DNA of 64,000 nucleotides from Lama guanicoe (lineage: Eukaryota), in assembly GCA_013239625.1 (NCBI GenBank), contig MU053652.1, positions 3,585,902-3,649,901 of the forward strand, given 5' to 3'. Made by a program: the position numbers and the translations under genes. Each line of letters begins with the position of its first letter. Position 1 is the first letter of the stretch. Below are positions 12,265 to 26,375 of the stretch, piece after piece. The notes below the pieces were generated by a model. It saw nothing but the letters and a program-made list of their open reading frames with translations, was not told where the DNA came from and ran no database searches.

Positions 12265-14751
12265 ATATTTGTTAAGATTCTTACAGGTGGAGAACTGTTT
12301 TCCGCCTTGTCTAATGGGCTGATACAAAGGAAATAGAGACTGAGAAAACTGTAGTGGAGCAGTAAACAAAGTCAAAATTTTAGTTTTCAGGTTGGCTGCA
12401 AAGCCTAGAATTTATCTGTGATTCTAATCAAAGAGGTACTCCTGAACCAGAGGCAAGATGATGTTGATTATATCACCAGGAGGTCTCCTGATTCGTTACA
12501 GTGAGTGGTAAGCTGATAATTTTCTCTTCACTTCACTAATAATGGAATAAGAGATTATAACAAGGGGAAGAAGGCCCTGCAGAAGAGGCCCCTCTCCATG
12601 TGCCTTCTAATGCATGTCTCCACTGAGTGGGGCTCCCCAAGGCACTTTCACTGCTGGTGGGGAGCATTGGTCTTTGTGGTGGAGAAGTTGACCTTGACCT
12701 GCCCCATCTAAATAGACTTCCCACTGAGAAAGTGACCATGAAGGACGAAAGGAGCTCTTCTCCAAAATGTCTTATTTTCTTTTACTAACTGTGGTTGGTT
12801 GGTTTTATAACTCACTTCTTTTATACTGAAGTATTTTAAAGAACATGATAGACATAATATTCCAACCAAGCTAAACTTTAATTTATATCTCAAAAAAGAA
12901 CGTTTTTTGTACATACTACACCCAACAAAAAATGAATAATCCCTTAATATCATCTCATACCCAGTCCATATTCAAAATTCCCAATTGTTCCAAAAATGTT
13001 ATTTACATTTGATTTGTCCAAACTGGGATCCAGTTCAAGATCATAGGATGCATAAATCTCTTCAGTCTGAAGGACACTCCCTTTTTTTTCATGAATGTCA
13101 GATTTTAAATTTGTCAGTTTTCAGCTCAGATTATTTAAAGGATAAATAGTATTGATACCTCTCCTAAATCAAGCCTCTGTCAGTGGATGAGGCCAGTAGA
13201 GGCTGCTTCCAGGTGGTTTTTCTAGGGGTGCTCTTTTGCCTTTAGCACTGATGAATGGCCTGACTGTTCATTGTCAGTCTCCGTGGTCCCCTTAGAGACT
13301 GACTAATGGGCAGCTTGCTAATGTTACAGAAATGAGACTGGTCCAGAGTGGGAAGCCATTTGCTGACTAGTGACTATGTGAATTAAAAGTCTGCTCTCTA
13401 GAAGCTCATAGCCTCTAGGTCACTATTTCTTAAGGAGTGGTAGAGTCGTTAACGTGAGGTATTCAAATGGACTACAAGCCTACTTTTTAGTTTATAATGT
13501 GGGTTTTTTTTTTAAAGTCTTTCCATTACAATTTTTTATTTATACCTCCCTTAAAAAATGTTTTTACATTTCTTTAAAATAAGCAGTTACACACACTTTT
13601 TGTGTTCCTGTTTTTTTAATCATAAATGGAAGCAGATTGGGATAGACCTGATGTAATTCCAGGAACATTAAGTCTTCCATGTCTGAGGCACTATGCAAAC
13701 CCTTACATAATACAAAGATAAATGACCGCTGGGTTTCCACCCTCAAGAAGTTTATAGTCTAGCCTGGAAGATACATTTATGCATAAATGTTGCATAAGAC
13801 GAAGAGTGCTAAATACTCTAGGAGTATAAATAAGTTAATTCTCATGTATGGAATTGGAGAGAATTTCAGGGAAGGTGTAGATGTGGGCTGGACCTTAGAG
13901 ATGAGTAGGAGACATAGGGTCCATGAGAACAGGGACCTTGTCTGTCTTGTTTATAATCTCAACACTTAAAACTGTCTGGCACATGGTAGATACTTAATTA
14001 AAAAAGGATATTTGAGGCTGAAGGAGCATTAAGAGCAAATGAGCAGAATTTCATATGCTCCTGAAAGAGCAGGTATCCTGCTGTGGCTAGAGCTTTGCAC
14101 TGAATAGAACAGAAAGGATAAAGAATACAAGTTGGGCCACTTTGGAGTCTTGTATGTTATACCGAGGAGTTTGGTCTTGATTCTGTGGGAAAAGGGAAGC
14201 TGTTGGAGAATTTTTGAGCAGAGAGATGGTGTTTTTGCTCGGAAAGAGAATTCTCATGTCTGAATAGCATGCATTAGGGGAAACAGGACTCTGAGGGAGG
14301 TATGATGGTGGGAAAAATGGATGCTTCGATAGAAATGTCAGTGACTTCAGCGTGATTGGTTTGGTCATGAGGAATTGGGGACGAATCACAGATGACCTTG
14401 CGGTTTGTGGCCTAACCAATCAAGATAGAGAACTCAGGTGGGGAGGGAAGACAGTAATTTTATTTTTAATGTTTTGAGTTGACTTATGTAAAAACATCTG
14501 TCTAGAGATGGTGTTCTAAAGTCAGGAGAGGAGGGTTCAAATGAACAGTCATTGTTTCAAATGCTCAGAATCTGTAGAATCTAGAGCCACACAGAGTGAA
14601 GCTATCAAACTTACCATCTCACAAGGACCTTAGTGCCAGCCTTTTTAACAGGGTACTTGAGGGCTCGAGGCTGCCTGTCACATTTCTGGTGAATATACCA
14701 CTAGGCTGGACTGAGTATACTGTCAGATAGTAACGGGTGGTCTCAGATGGA

Positions 14752-15215
14752 ATGATGATTAATTTTATGTGTCAATTTAACTGGGTTAAAAGATGCCCAG
14801 ATAGCTGGTAAAAACATTTCTGGATGTGCCAGTGAAGGTGTTCCCAAGAGAGATTAGCATTCGAATTGGTAAACCTAGTAAAGAAGCTCACCCTTACCAA
14901 TGCAAGTGGCTTCATCCAATCCACTGAGAGCCAGAATAGAACAAAAAGATAGAGGAAGGGCAAATTAACTCTCATCTTGAACTGGAACCTCCATCTTCTC
15001 CTGCCCATGGACATTGGAGCTCCTGGTTCTTGGGCCTTTGGACTGGGACTAGGACTACACCACTGGCTTTGCTGGGCCTCCAAACTTGCATATGGCAGAT
15101 ACGGAGACTTCTCAGCCTCTATAATCACGTGAGCCAGTTCTTCTACTGTACAAAGACCTCCTTCCTTATACATATCCTATGGGTTCTATTTCTCTGGAGA
15201 ATCCTGGCTAACACA
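14752..15215 (+). mobile_element. MLT2-type (ERVL) solo LTR
   Basis: Begins tgatgattaattttatgtgtcaa and ends ...ttctctggagaatcctggctaacaca, typical MLT2 termini. Confidence 0.85.
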
Positions 15216-17435
15216 GATGGGATTGAGCTCATGAACTTCCTTTCTCAGCATCTGTTTTCCACACATGAGATCGCTTCAAAGCCAGGCTGTTATTCATTCT
15301 TCTTGTGGGTTGTTCCTCTAAAAGTTTTTGGTTTAACCTTTTTAGTAACCCACTTGTCCTGATTTGACTCTTTGTTTGAATTTTTTTTTCTTTTGGCAGA
15401 TCCTTTTAAAGAAAGTCATTGTCTAAAATTTCATTTTTGCTACTTTACTATCCATAAAGGTAGCATCATAAATCATCATTACAAGGAACTTTCCCACTTG
15501 TAACTAGCCAGACTAGGTAGCTTATGGGGATGCTATATACTCTTTGTATCAATTGTTTCCTGCTGGCTCTCTTGCTAGTAAGTAGGATTTCCAACACGTT
15601 CCTCTATACCTTCCAGGTCAGAACCTTCTTTTGCAGTGTTGGTCCTAGGGGTCAGGGCAAGTCGTGGTATCTTGAATACCCCCTGCTAGTCAAGGCTATT
15701 CAGGCTGCCTAGTGTGGCCAGTCCTTCCAGCCTTCAGATTCTGCTTTTACTGTTTTTCTCCGCAGAGGCCCCTAGGATTCTATGTTTTGTTTTAACAAAA
15801 GTGGCGTTTCCCATCCAGGTAGACTTTGTTTCTGTTTTCTCAGAAGTTAAGACTGAAACTCAAAGACATTTAATAACAAGGTCTGTCATACAGCTAGAAT
15901 GTGGCAGAGCCACACTTAAATCCATGTTCCCCACCCTTCTGTTCCTTCCATTATAATACAGCTTGGAAATACCTTTCAGCACGGCAAGTCTAAGATTTTC
16001 CTTTCCCAAGCAGAGTTGAGATCTGCCCCTCACACCAGAAGGGAATATCCTGCAACCACTCATGGGATACGAGGATACAGAAATGAGTCTTTTGCCTGGC
16101 TCTTTATAGATTTTAGCCAACGTGAATACACTGAGCAGGTGGAACATGCCCTTTGGGGACTTTCCTCATTTGCTCATCAAACTCTGACCAGTTGTGGCTG
16201 CTTCAGAGCCAGCTTTCAAATCCCTTCCACCCTGTTCCATCTTAGCAACTGAAACAGCTGCGTGTGCAGCCTGACCAAGAGCAAAAGTACAAACACTTCT
16301 TCCTCCTTAGTTTCCCGTGCTATTTTTGGTTTTATTCCTATTCTGGGCTTTCTTTGGCTTTATGTAGCTATTATCTGGTTTGGTTGACCCGTGCCCTTGG
16401 AAGTGAGTGCTGCGCATGAGCCCTTTAATTAGAGACCATCATTCCAGCTTTACTGCATGCTCTCTTTTCTCTCACTGTCCCTTGGCTGAAGTGGTGGTGG
16501 TGGTTATTTTTCTCTCCAAGCACCTCTCTGACTGAATCAACATTGTAACTGAAGCCAATTAGGAAGAGAGGGAAAGGGAAACAAAGTTTATGTGGTCTCT
16601 GGGGACTAGTGGGCCATGGAGGTTGGTGGTTTATTCAAAGATTATCTGAAGATTCAGACCATGTTAATATACTCTTCAGCTCTTTTCCTCATTTCTATCA
16701 GCTACCTATCAATATCCTAGGGGTAGATGTGGAAAAAAATGGACTGCTTCCCATATAGGTCAGTAAGAGCCCTCAAGAGGTGGCCCTGCTCTGTACATGT
16801 AAAAGTTTGATGGCGCTGCAAGTACACACTAAACACTGCTTGGTGTTTAACCACTGTTCTAAACACTGTCTCCAAAGCCTGTGTTCCTAACACTGTACCA
16901 TCTGTATCCTAAGTAGGAATGTAGCTCAAAAGAGGGAAATTTACAAACATGAAGATGTTCAATACATGGTTACTTCTAAGTCGAAAATAACCTAAACATC
17001 TAACAATTAGAGAGTGATTAACTACATTGAGTATAAATCCATGTGCAGAGCAGGACCACCACTTGAACGTCACCCTTCATCCTCCCAGTCTAGGTTTGGG
17101 CAGCATCATTCATCATCCCTTTTCCTTCTGTTGACATGACTGAGTACGTCTTTGCTGGGAGGTGCTGCAGCTGTGCCATGGTCTTAGTTTTCCAGGTCTT
17201 AGTTCTCCTTCTCTAATATGGGAAGAAAATAGATGTGAAACCAGTTGTGAGAGCTTTCTTCTGTAGACCCAAAGAGATTAGATGTCAAGTGAAAGGCAAC
17301 TTACCAATTATAAAGTGACTAGAGAATCTCCCCTTCCTAACTATCACGCCGCATCAGGAAGAGCTGGAGCAAGTCCCTGTAGCTCAGCTGAGTTGCGATC
17401 AGGTATGCTGAGATGTAAAGCAGCAGTATCTTCCG

Positions 17436-17454
17436 GAGCCACTAGGTGGCGCCC
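17436..17454 (+). promoter_or_regulatory. CTCF binding motif
   Basis: GAGCCACTAGGTGGCGCCC matches the CCAC(C/T)AG(G/A)(G/T)GGCGC core, with its CpG retained. Confidence 0.7.
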
Positions 17455-18539
17455 GTGCTCCACACCTGACATTCTTACGGAGTGGGATTTCAGAGACCTG
17501 GCCTCCCTCCCCACTTTATTGCTAATCACTAGCAGATCAGCAGTGGTGAAGAGTATGGCACTTGCTTTTTCAAATGGCTTATTCTCATTTTCAGCATCAT
17601 TCCTACTTCGTCCTTATTTTGTTACGGGTCTTCTCTCCTAACCAAACTTCCCTGAAGGCTGAAGCGGCCCTGTTTCTACCGTAGGCTTATATAGTGATGG
17701 AAGAAGAGAGATAGGCTGAAAGCACTGAGACAGGTAGGGACAGAGAGAAAGGGAGAGAATGGAGCCACAGAAGGAAAAAGGTTCAGGTCAAGGTTAGGAC
17801 CCTGTGTCCAGCATTAGAGGCTCAAATAACAAGGACAGGAAGCTGATTCAATGGGAATTCAGCTGCAAGAGGAAGTCTAGGAGAAGAGATGCCCCTGGGA
17901 GGGAAACTGGAAGACCTGAGGCAGCCCCCTCTACTCGATGTGGCGTCCTTGTGCCCCATCTCAGCTAGGCAAGCCACTAACGAAGCTTTGAGAACATGTT
18001 CATAGAAGAGTGGTGTGTCACCAAGGCCACAGAGCAGCCCGGACCCAGCAGATGACCCTTCCCTTGCGAGGATTCCAAAGTCTGTGACTAATGCTAATTA
18101 ACCCTGACTCACTGTAGCACTGAGCACAACGAGGTCATTATCTCCGCTGAATGGAGTGGGGAAACTGAGGTGTGGAGTCAGGAAGCTGCTTTGCTCCATT
18201 AATGGCACCAGGCCTTTATAACCACCCTGATCAAATGCCCATGAAGCTGCCCTTGATAATCAGGAGCAAACACTTCCCACTGGACTGTCCAGAGGAGGAG
18301 AGTGGGGCCTTTGCTTAGCGCTATTTCCACGCAGGGTAGAGCCATAAAACTCCATGGTTTTGTGTACAACAATGAGTTGCAGAGACTGCTTGGCCTAGCC
18401 CCTGCTTCTACAGTGAAAGCCAGGTTTGGGGCATGAGAGCCAAGGTCGCACAGTGGGTTCTGTGACTGCACCAGGCCTAGAATCCTGAGGTTCCATGCCC
18501 AGTCCTCTTGCACTACAGCCCTGCTGACAGCAGAAGAGA

Positions 18540-18775
18540 GGCTGTAGTGTGTGTGGTCAGAGCACTGGCTCCAGAACCAGTAGCCTGGGTTCAATTCCTG
18601 GATTCCCTGGTTACCAGCTGTGTGCTTCTGAGCCAGCTACTCTGTGCCTCAGTTTCTTCACCTGTGAAAAGGTGATAATGTTAGTAGCTATGTCATAGGG
18701 ATGCTTGAGTGAAGTGAGAGTTCTGAAGTGCTCAGAATGGTGTCTGGCATGTAGTAAGTGCTCAGTAAATACCAG
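18540..18775 (+). mobile_element. MIR SINE
   Basis: cctgggttcaattcctgg...tgtgcctcagtttcttcacctgtgaaa core, plus ggcatgtagtaagtgctcagtaaat tail. Confidence 0.8.
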
Positions 18776-20964
18776 TTTTGTGTGTGTGTGTGTGTTATTT
18801 AAATAAGGCAGATATGACAATCCTTAACTGCACACCTGGCCACTTGGCTATCCTATTGGCTTCAGCTCAGTGGTCTCTCTGGCCAAGTTTCTCCAGTTTG
18901 CCTGGTCTTTCAGGTCTCCTGAGGGGGGGAGAGTGAGGAGGAAGAGACATACCAGAGTCTGCATCACTGTCCTTACTCTGAAGAGGGCTTCTTTAGCCAG
19001 CAGCCTCTGTGACATCATCAGATAATGCAGGTGCTGGTGACTCAGCGCCCAGCCCAGCTCTGGAGGCATCAGCAAGCATCTTGGGCAAGAAGACACAGAC
19101 CAAGAAAACCACATTCCTGCTGGCTTCCTCGGGTCCTGGCTCCTGGCCTGGCAAGCCCACCTCAGAAGGTGGTGGTGCAGTGACAACAGGAGAGCTAATT
19201 ACAGTCATCACCTGCTGGGGTGAGAATACCAGCTTGTTTGTCCAGCACAGCTTACCTGAGTCATCCCTCCTGGAGCCTGGAGCCACCGGGCCAGGATCTG
19301 GACCAGCAGGCTGCGGGGAGTCTGAAACACCTTTTGCGTGTTGTGCTGGCAAATGCCAGTGCTTTCTGCTTATTCTCCCTTCAGAAAGTAAGTTGAGGCA
19401 GTTTGGCCCTGGAGACATAGCTCCAAACGGAGTGAAGAGCTTAGTAGGGGGTTGACAACAGGCCAAAGGCCCCAGGGCCTGTACTGGGGTGAGCAGAACC
19501 AGAGCTGAGGCCTCAGAGCCTTTGGAAAATCACTTCCACGGATCAGAGATAAAACCAAGAAATAGAGAACAGATGGGTGGCAGCTTCTTCCTCCCCTCCA
19601 CACAGCCCCCCACACCAAGGAGCCACTTCTTGCCAAGGCCCCGACATTCCCCAGGCCAACCCTGAAGATCAGTGATGATCTTGGTCAACTCTCACTAGCT
19701 CAACCTAGGGTTTTGCCAAAGTAAAATAAGAAAGAAAATAGGATCTTTATTTTACACACACACACACACACAAATTTTAATTACAATAGAAGAAAATACT
19801 TTTTCAGAAGGTATAAATGAGAATGAAAAGTCCCCTGTTCTCTCTCCAACTTAGTGGGTGAGGGAAGCAAGAAGGATGTTACAGAGGAGAAAAGACGTGG
19901 GCCCCTCTGCAGGACAGGGACGAAGAAGTTTTACAACCTTGAGGTGATTTCCATGGTAGGGACCATCTGTGGCACAGCTGGTGAAGGGGAACCTGAGAAG
20001 GCCAAGTGAAGACACCTGTGGGTGGAACGAGACACAGGAGACAGTGTGTTCAGTGATCCCATTGGCCTAGGAATGCGGCTCTCCTCCAGGAAAGAGCTAA
20101 AAAGACCCATAAAACGAAGAACTGGCCAAGAGGCCAGCTTCCCCGGGCCCTGAGGGGCCTAAGATGGGGATTGCGTCAGGCTCCTTCCCCGCAGCTGTGG
20201 CTATTGCTAGTCTCCCTCGCTCCTGCTGCAGCTCCCCAAGAAACTGGAGCCTTGGTGGCAGCACCTCCTGCTGTGTGATCTGTACCCCATTAGAGCCTCA
20301 GCATTCCTGTTGCCACCCATTGCCCCTCTGCTTTCTATTTGGTGGGAAGTGAGGCTGACAGACTATCCCCCAAGGGAAGAGAGAGGCAGGAAGGTGGAGG
20401 AAGACCTAGTTCTGGCCTGGCTGACTGGAACAGACCTCAGTCTCATAGTGACTGGCCTTCTAGTCAACCTGCCAAGCTGGGGTGACTCCCAGCCCTGACA
20501 TTTTTGACACCCTTATAAAGGATATTTTGGCCTTCCCCAGAGCAAGCATGACCAAGAACCAAGTGAATGCTGCATGGTGTTCTCTAAACTAGCCTCAGAA
20601 ATGACATAGAATCACTCCCAGTGTATTCTACTGGTTACAAACAAGTCATGAAGGTCAACTCACATTCAAAGACAAGGTTCCCCACCTTTCGAAGAGAGAA
20701 ATGTCAAATAATTTGAGGACATCTTTAAAACTACCTAACCTATCTTGTCAACTTTCTCTGGGATGAAAATGTTAAAGGTTAAAGGTGTAAGTGAATCCTT
20801 CAATTAGAACATAGGTATGAGAGAAGAGAGGCCAAATTCCTGAAGGCAAAGGAATATTCAGTCTTGGAATACAGTGGAATCATCTGTATGAGTTCAAACA
20901 CGACATCTCAGGAACTCAAGGATGATTCAGGCTTGAATCATTAATCATTAATCAAGGTTTATTG

Positions 20965-21860
20965 AAGGCAACCTACTGAATGGGAGAAAATATTTGCAAA
21001 ATCATAACATATCCAAAATATGTAAAGAACTTACTAGCTCAATAGCAAAAACAAACAAACAAACCCCCAACAATCCAATTAAAAAATAGATCTGAACAGA
21101 TATTTTCCCAAAGAAGACATAAATGGCCAATAGGTACATGAAAAGATGCTCTATGTCATTAATCATCTGGGAAGGGCAAATCAAAATCATAGTGAGATGT
21201 TACCTCACACCTGTCAGAATGGCTATTACCAAAAGACAAGAAAAACAAGTGTTGGTGAGGATGTGGAAAAAAGGGAACACTTGTGCGCTGTTGGTAGGAA
21301 TGTAAATTGATGCAGCCACTATGGAAAATAGTATGGAGGTTCCTCAAAAAATTAAAAATAGGACTACTATATGATCCAGCTTTGGGGTCCACTTCTGGGT
21401 ATTTATCCAAAGAAAACAATAACACTAATTTGAAAAGATACTTGCACCCCCATGTTCATTGCAGCACCATTTACAATAGCAGATATGGAAACAACCTATG
21501 TTCATCAATGGATGAATGCATAAAGAAATTGTGGTGTTTGTGTGTGTGTGTGTGTGCATATATATATATGTATATATTAGTATATTATTCAGCCATAAAA
21601 AAGAATGAAATCTTGCCATTTGTGACAACATAAATAGATCTTGAGGGCATTATGCTAAGTGAAATAGGCAGAGAAAGACAAACACCAAATTATCTCTCTT
21701 ATATGTGGAATCTAAATAAATAAATTAAAATTTAAAAACTAAGCTCATAGATACAGAGAACAGGTTGGTGTTTGCCAGGGGTGGGATTGGGGGATGGGAG
21801 AAATGGGTGAACTGTTTTTGGGTTGTTTTTAGTTCACATAGAGTTTTGTTTTTTTTTTAA
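20965..21860 (+). mobile_element. L1 fragment (ORF2 3' part and 3'UTR)
   Basis: Decayed L1 ORF2 peptides ([35 protein letters not shown]). Confidence 0.92.
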
Positions 21861-22657
21861 AGCAAGTGAGTCTCTTATTCTACTGCATATCTCACCATAG
21901 AACAAGCATTGAACTCATGGCTCACTCATAAGCTTTTTAAAGATCACATGCCAAATAGGATATCTATGATTAAGAATCCGGGTCTGGAGTTGTCTACTCA
22001 AAATTAGAGTTGGAGCCGGTAACAGTTGATGTCCAAAAGAAACAAAATTGAGTCAACAACTAAAAATAAAAATTGTTTCCAGAGACTTCAGCCTCAGGAC
22101 TTTGGGAGCAGCAATACATCTGGCTCAGAATAATGTATACGGAGGAATTTTCTAGTCATGATACACCATTCTTATGATTTTTTTCACAGTCCCATGTCTT
22201 TGGGAGGTAGGTAACATTCAGTCAACTGACTTAAGTTTATTTAGTACTCTTTATGGTGGTTGTGATCATCCTGTTACATTTCCTGAATTTGAGGAAGGGC
22301 CATACGTATTTGTGCATGTTAAATGGAGTATCCCTGTAGCTATATGTGGGGCCCCAGAGCCATCAGGTCATTGTATCCTTTTCATTTTAAATTGTATCAC
22401 CTGGAGCATTCAGTTCACTATGAAGTCAACATCAACCTTCACTTCTTTTTCAAAGTGAGACTTGTATCCTACGCAAAAACCCACATCTCTTGTCCAACTC
22501 AAATTCAAATTTATTTTGCCCTTCAAAACTATCTTTCCCACATAGATCTTGATTTCCTCTGATAGCTCATCAAGTAACTTTTCTATTTCTTCTCTGATAT
22601 GTCCAAAATGTTATTCTCTATTGACTCTTTTAAAGAATTATGAATTTTTTTGGAGGT

Positions 22658-22787
22658 GGGGGATATAGCTCAGGGGTAGAGCACATGCTTAGCATGCATG
22701 AGGTCCTGCATTCAACCCCCAGGACCTCCATTGAAAAACCAAATAAATAAATAAATAAACCTAATTACCTCCCCCCTGAAAAAAAAA
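22658..22787 (+). mobile_element. tRNA-derived SINE (camelid vic-1-like)
   Basis: ggggatatagctcaggggtagagcacatgcttagcatgcatgaggtcctg tRNA-like head, (taaa)n, cctaattacctcccc and A-tail. Confidence 0.85.
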
Positions 22788-23943
22788 TGAGTTCTTAAGA
22801 TTAAAGTAATTAGAACCATGAATTCTAAAGAATTAGAGAATTATGAAATGTCTTGACACTCAAAAATTATTTTTGATCTATATATTTTTCTTTTCTTCAT
22901 AATATATTTCCACCAAATTTTAGTCAATAATTTTCAACTTTTTCAAAACTAAGATTGTTTTTTAGTGTTATTTACTAGGCTTATTTTTAGAGGAGGTACT
23001 GTAAACCAAGATACTTTTTTATTGATGTAAATTGACATAAAACATTCTATAAGTTTAAGGAGTACAAGTGTTGATTTGATACATTTATATATTGCAATAA
23101 AATTACCACCTTAGAGTTAGCTGACTCTTCCATCACTTCCTGTAATTATCATTTCTTTTTTGTAGTGAGAACAATTAAGATCTAGTCTCCCAGCAATTTT
23201 GAAGTATATAACACGGTATTGTTGACTGTATGCTGTGCATTAGATCTCCAGAACTTTTATATTTATTAGCTGCAAGTTTGTTAAAAAATGAAAATAAAAA
23301 ATAAGGACTTGATTTGGGGATGGGAAATGCTGCCACAGGACGGGGTAGGGGACAACAGCTGGTATCCACATCAGGAACAGGGAAAGAGCAGAAGTGAGAG
23401 AGGGTGTTGGGAAGCCTCAGGAACCAGGGAAAAAACCCTGAGAAATGAGACTGAGCAGCTCTGGGGCTATGGGTTGAAAGAAAGAAGTGAATTCGGATGG
23501 TGACCTGCACAGAGGACGTTCTTTCCCTACAGCTTCTGGGATGCCTGCGGTCAGTGCCCCACCTGCCAACTGAGGGACAAGATGTTTGGGTTCCCAGGCT
23601 GTGTGGGCCTCTGAGCCGCTGCCCGCTGAGCCAGAAGCAAGCAGCAGAGGCCGACACACTGTCGTGAAAGCCAAAACTGGCACTGACTGTGGAGCAGCTC
23701 ACCAAGCCCAGGTTTGGGGCCCTTTCTACACAAGTAAGATGAGCCTTTGAGAATTCTGATTTTTGCCCCTTTGACTGCCCAGACAGAAAATTAGAACCAC
23801 TCAGTGTCCTCAGATCTTCTGGGAAGTTCCGAAGGGGTGCTTCACACGTGTCCACTGGCCCACCTATCACAGGGCATCTTCCATCAGGTTCTTTGTCTCT
23901 GGCTTCAGCTCCCACTGGCTGACCTCATACACCCCTAAGACAC

Positions 23944-24575
23944 TTTTTTTTTAATTGAAGTGTAGTTGATTTACAATGTTGTGTTAGTTTCAAGTGTACA
24001 ACATAGTGATTCAGTCATACACATGTACATATTCTTTTTCATATCCTTTTTCATTATAGATTACTATAAGATACTGAATAGAGTTTTCTGTGCTATACCT
24101 TAGGACCTTGTTGTTTATTTTATATGTAGTAGTTTGTTATCTGCTAATCCCAAACTCCTAATTTATCCCTCCATTCCCCCTTTCCCTTTTGGCAACCATT
24201 AAGTTTGTCTTCTGTGTCTTTGAGTCTGTTTCTGTTTGTAAATAATTTCATTTGTGTCATTTTTTTAAGATTCCACATAGAAGTGGTATCATATGATATT
24301 TTTCTTTGTCTGACTTACTTCACTTAATGTGACATTCTCTAGGTCCATCCATGTTGCTGCAAATGACATTATTTCATTCCTTTTTATGACTGAGTAGTAT
24401 TCCATTGTACAAATATACCACATCTTCTTTATCCAGTCATCTGTTGATGGACATTTAGGTTGCTTCCATGTCTTGGCTATTGTAAATAGTGCTGCTATGA
24501 ACATTGGGGAGCATGTATCTTTTCGAATTAGAATTTTCTTCAGATATATGCCCAGGAATAGGATTGCTGGATCAT
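23944..24575 (-). mobile_element. L1 3' end
   Basis: Minus-strand ORF with [29 protein letters not shown]; poly-T at 23944-23952. Confidence 0.92.
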
Positions 24576-26252
24576 CCCTTGGAACACTTGAGGAAGCCAA
24601 AGTTGCCATGCTTTGGGTACACTGAGAAGCTGGGTTCCCTGTCTGTGTGAGGATGATAATCCTCTCCCCAAAGCAGTGCGAATGTTGTCAGTGCACCCCA
24701 AAGCCGCAGTGCATGGTCCAATCTCAAAGCCATTTGTTATCAGTTTGGTTAGCTTCTGGCTCTTAATCTGAGACCAGCGGTCTCATGAGAAGACACCTAC
24801 TGGTCAGCCCTCCTCCTCTCCACTGAGATCTTCCCTCTGCCCTTTTCCTTAGACATCCTAAGGCCGTGGTAGCCTCTTGGAACCAGGACACACCAACAGC
24901 TCCATTTCTGAAGAAGCTGTTCCTTTACGTCTCCATATCTACAAGATGGATTTTAGTGCTTTTACCTGAAACAAAGGACTGAGTGTCCTCAACTGAAGCT
25001 TTATATAGAACAGCTTTCCAATGAGAAGTTGATTTTGATTTTTTTTCCCCTTGGGCTCTGAAAATCCTAGGACTGAGTTTCAGAGGGGCAGAACGTTACA
25101 TAAGGGCAGGAGGAATAAACAAAGTGAGGCATACAATTGAGTGTTGAGAGATGCAAAACCGTATATAAGATCACGCTGATCTCTCAGAACTTCTCAGCTG
25201 CCTCATCCACCCTCTGACACACCAGGGCTGTGTCATTAGTGTTTGGCACTGAGAAGGTGCTCAGGAAGAATTTGTTGTGCAAATGAACGTTTATATTTGG
25301 TGGAAGAGTTTGGAGGCAGAACCTGTAACCCTGGTGTGGGATTGAGTCCCTCCAAGAAGCTACTTTGAAAGGGCTCCGGGAAATCTGATTTTCCCTCTGC
25401 TGATGAGAAGAGGGCAGAGCAGTGTAGGAAGTGGGAGGGGAAATTACCTGAGGGCTGGAAAGGGGAAATTTGGGGCTATATTTAGCCTGAGAAATGAAGA
25501 AGGGACTATGTGCCCCAGCAAGTGTGCGGCCTGACCTTGAGAACATTAGAAAATTTTTGACTCAGTCTACACTTCTATGACTCCCCTCATCTCGTTTGAG
25601 ATTCTCAACTTGGCATTTTTTTAAATTAAATTAGGGTAACTAACCTTGTAATAAACTTTACTAGTCACAAAACCCTAACATGGGCAATTGTCTCATCTGA
25701 CACTACAAAAACTCCATAGAATTAAGTAAACAGACATGAGTCTCATCTTCCTTTTACAGATGAGAAAAGTGAGAATTGTAGTGTCAATAAAGGGAGTGAA
25801 TTCTCTGAGGTCTCTCCAACCCAGGGCCCTGTACTCTTTCCACTGTATGTATTTTACTTTGTATTCAGTGCATTACAACACAACAACAGGGAATTAAAGA
25901 AAAAGATAGTTTCAAAAGCACCTCGTAAAACATGAAGCTTTATGTATACATAAAATATTGGTTTAATTCTGATATAACATATGGTCAGGGCTATTGTTAG
26001 TCTGTATGAAATCTTTCTAGCAGAGCATGAGCCGTGTGTTTGGTGAACAGCCTGCCCGACAGTACACGGTTAATCTTTGGAGTATGAAGGAAGGTAGCAA
26101 CAGACACAAAGTCACAAAATCTGGGATTTAGTTCCAGTTCTACCCTTATTAGCTTTGCAAAAGTAAACATGTCATTTTGCCTCTCTGAACTTCAGTTTCC
26201 ACATTTGTAAAACTTAAGGTATTAATTTGCTGTTACCTTTATCATCATATTT

Positions 26253-26375
26253 GGGGGGGGTGGAGGGTGTGGCAGTTAGGTTTGTTTATTTAATTTTTAA
26301 TGGAGATGCTGGGAATTGAACCCAGGACCTCATGCATACTAGGCATGCAGTCTATCACTGAGCTATCCCCTCCCC
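26253..26375 (-). mobile_element. tRNA-derived SINE (vic-1-like)
   Basis: Reverse complement of the 22658 element (gggaattgaacccaggacctc...ctgagctatcccctcccc). Confidence 0.85.

Noticed and set aside
18848..19636. Cluster of overlapping 88-157 aa ORFs
   Set aside because: Moderately GC-rich intergenic DNA with no recognisable protein similarity or exon structure.
22373..22381. Perfect U12 donor motif GTATCCTTT
   Set aside because: Intergenic, with no supportable exon upstream. It shows the motif alone can occur by chance; the same applies to GTATCCTTA at 63137.
22658..22735. tRNA-like sequence
   Set aside because: Head of a SINE with a degenerate B box and a SINE tail; several diverged copies occur in the window.
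23175..23915. 246-aa minus-strand ORF
   Set aside because: Non-ATG start, no recognisable domain, and its end runs into L1-derived sequence; most likely a chance ORF.
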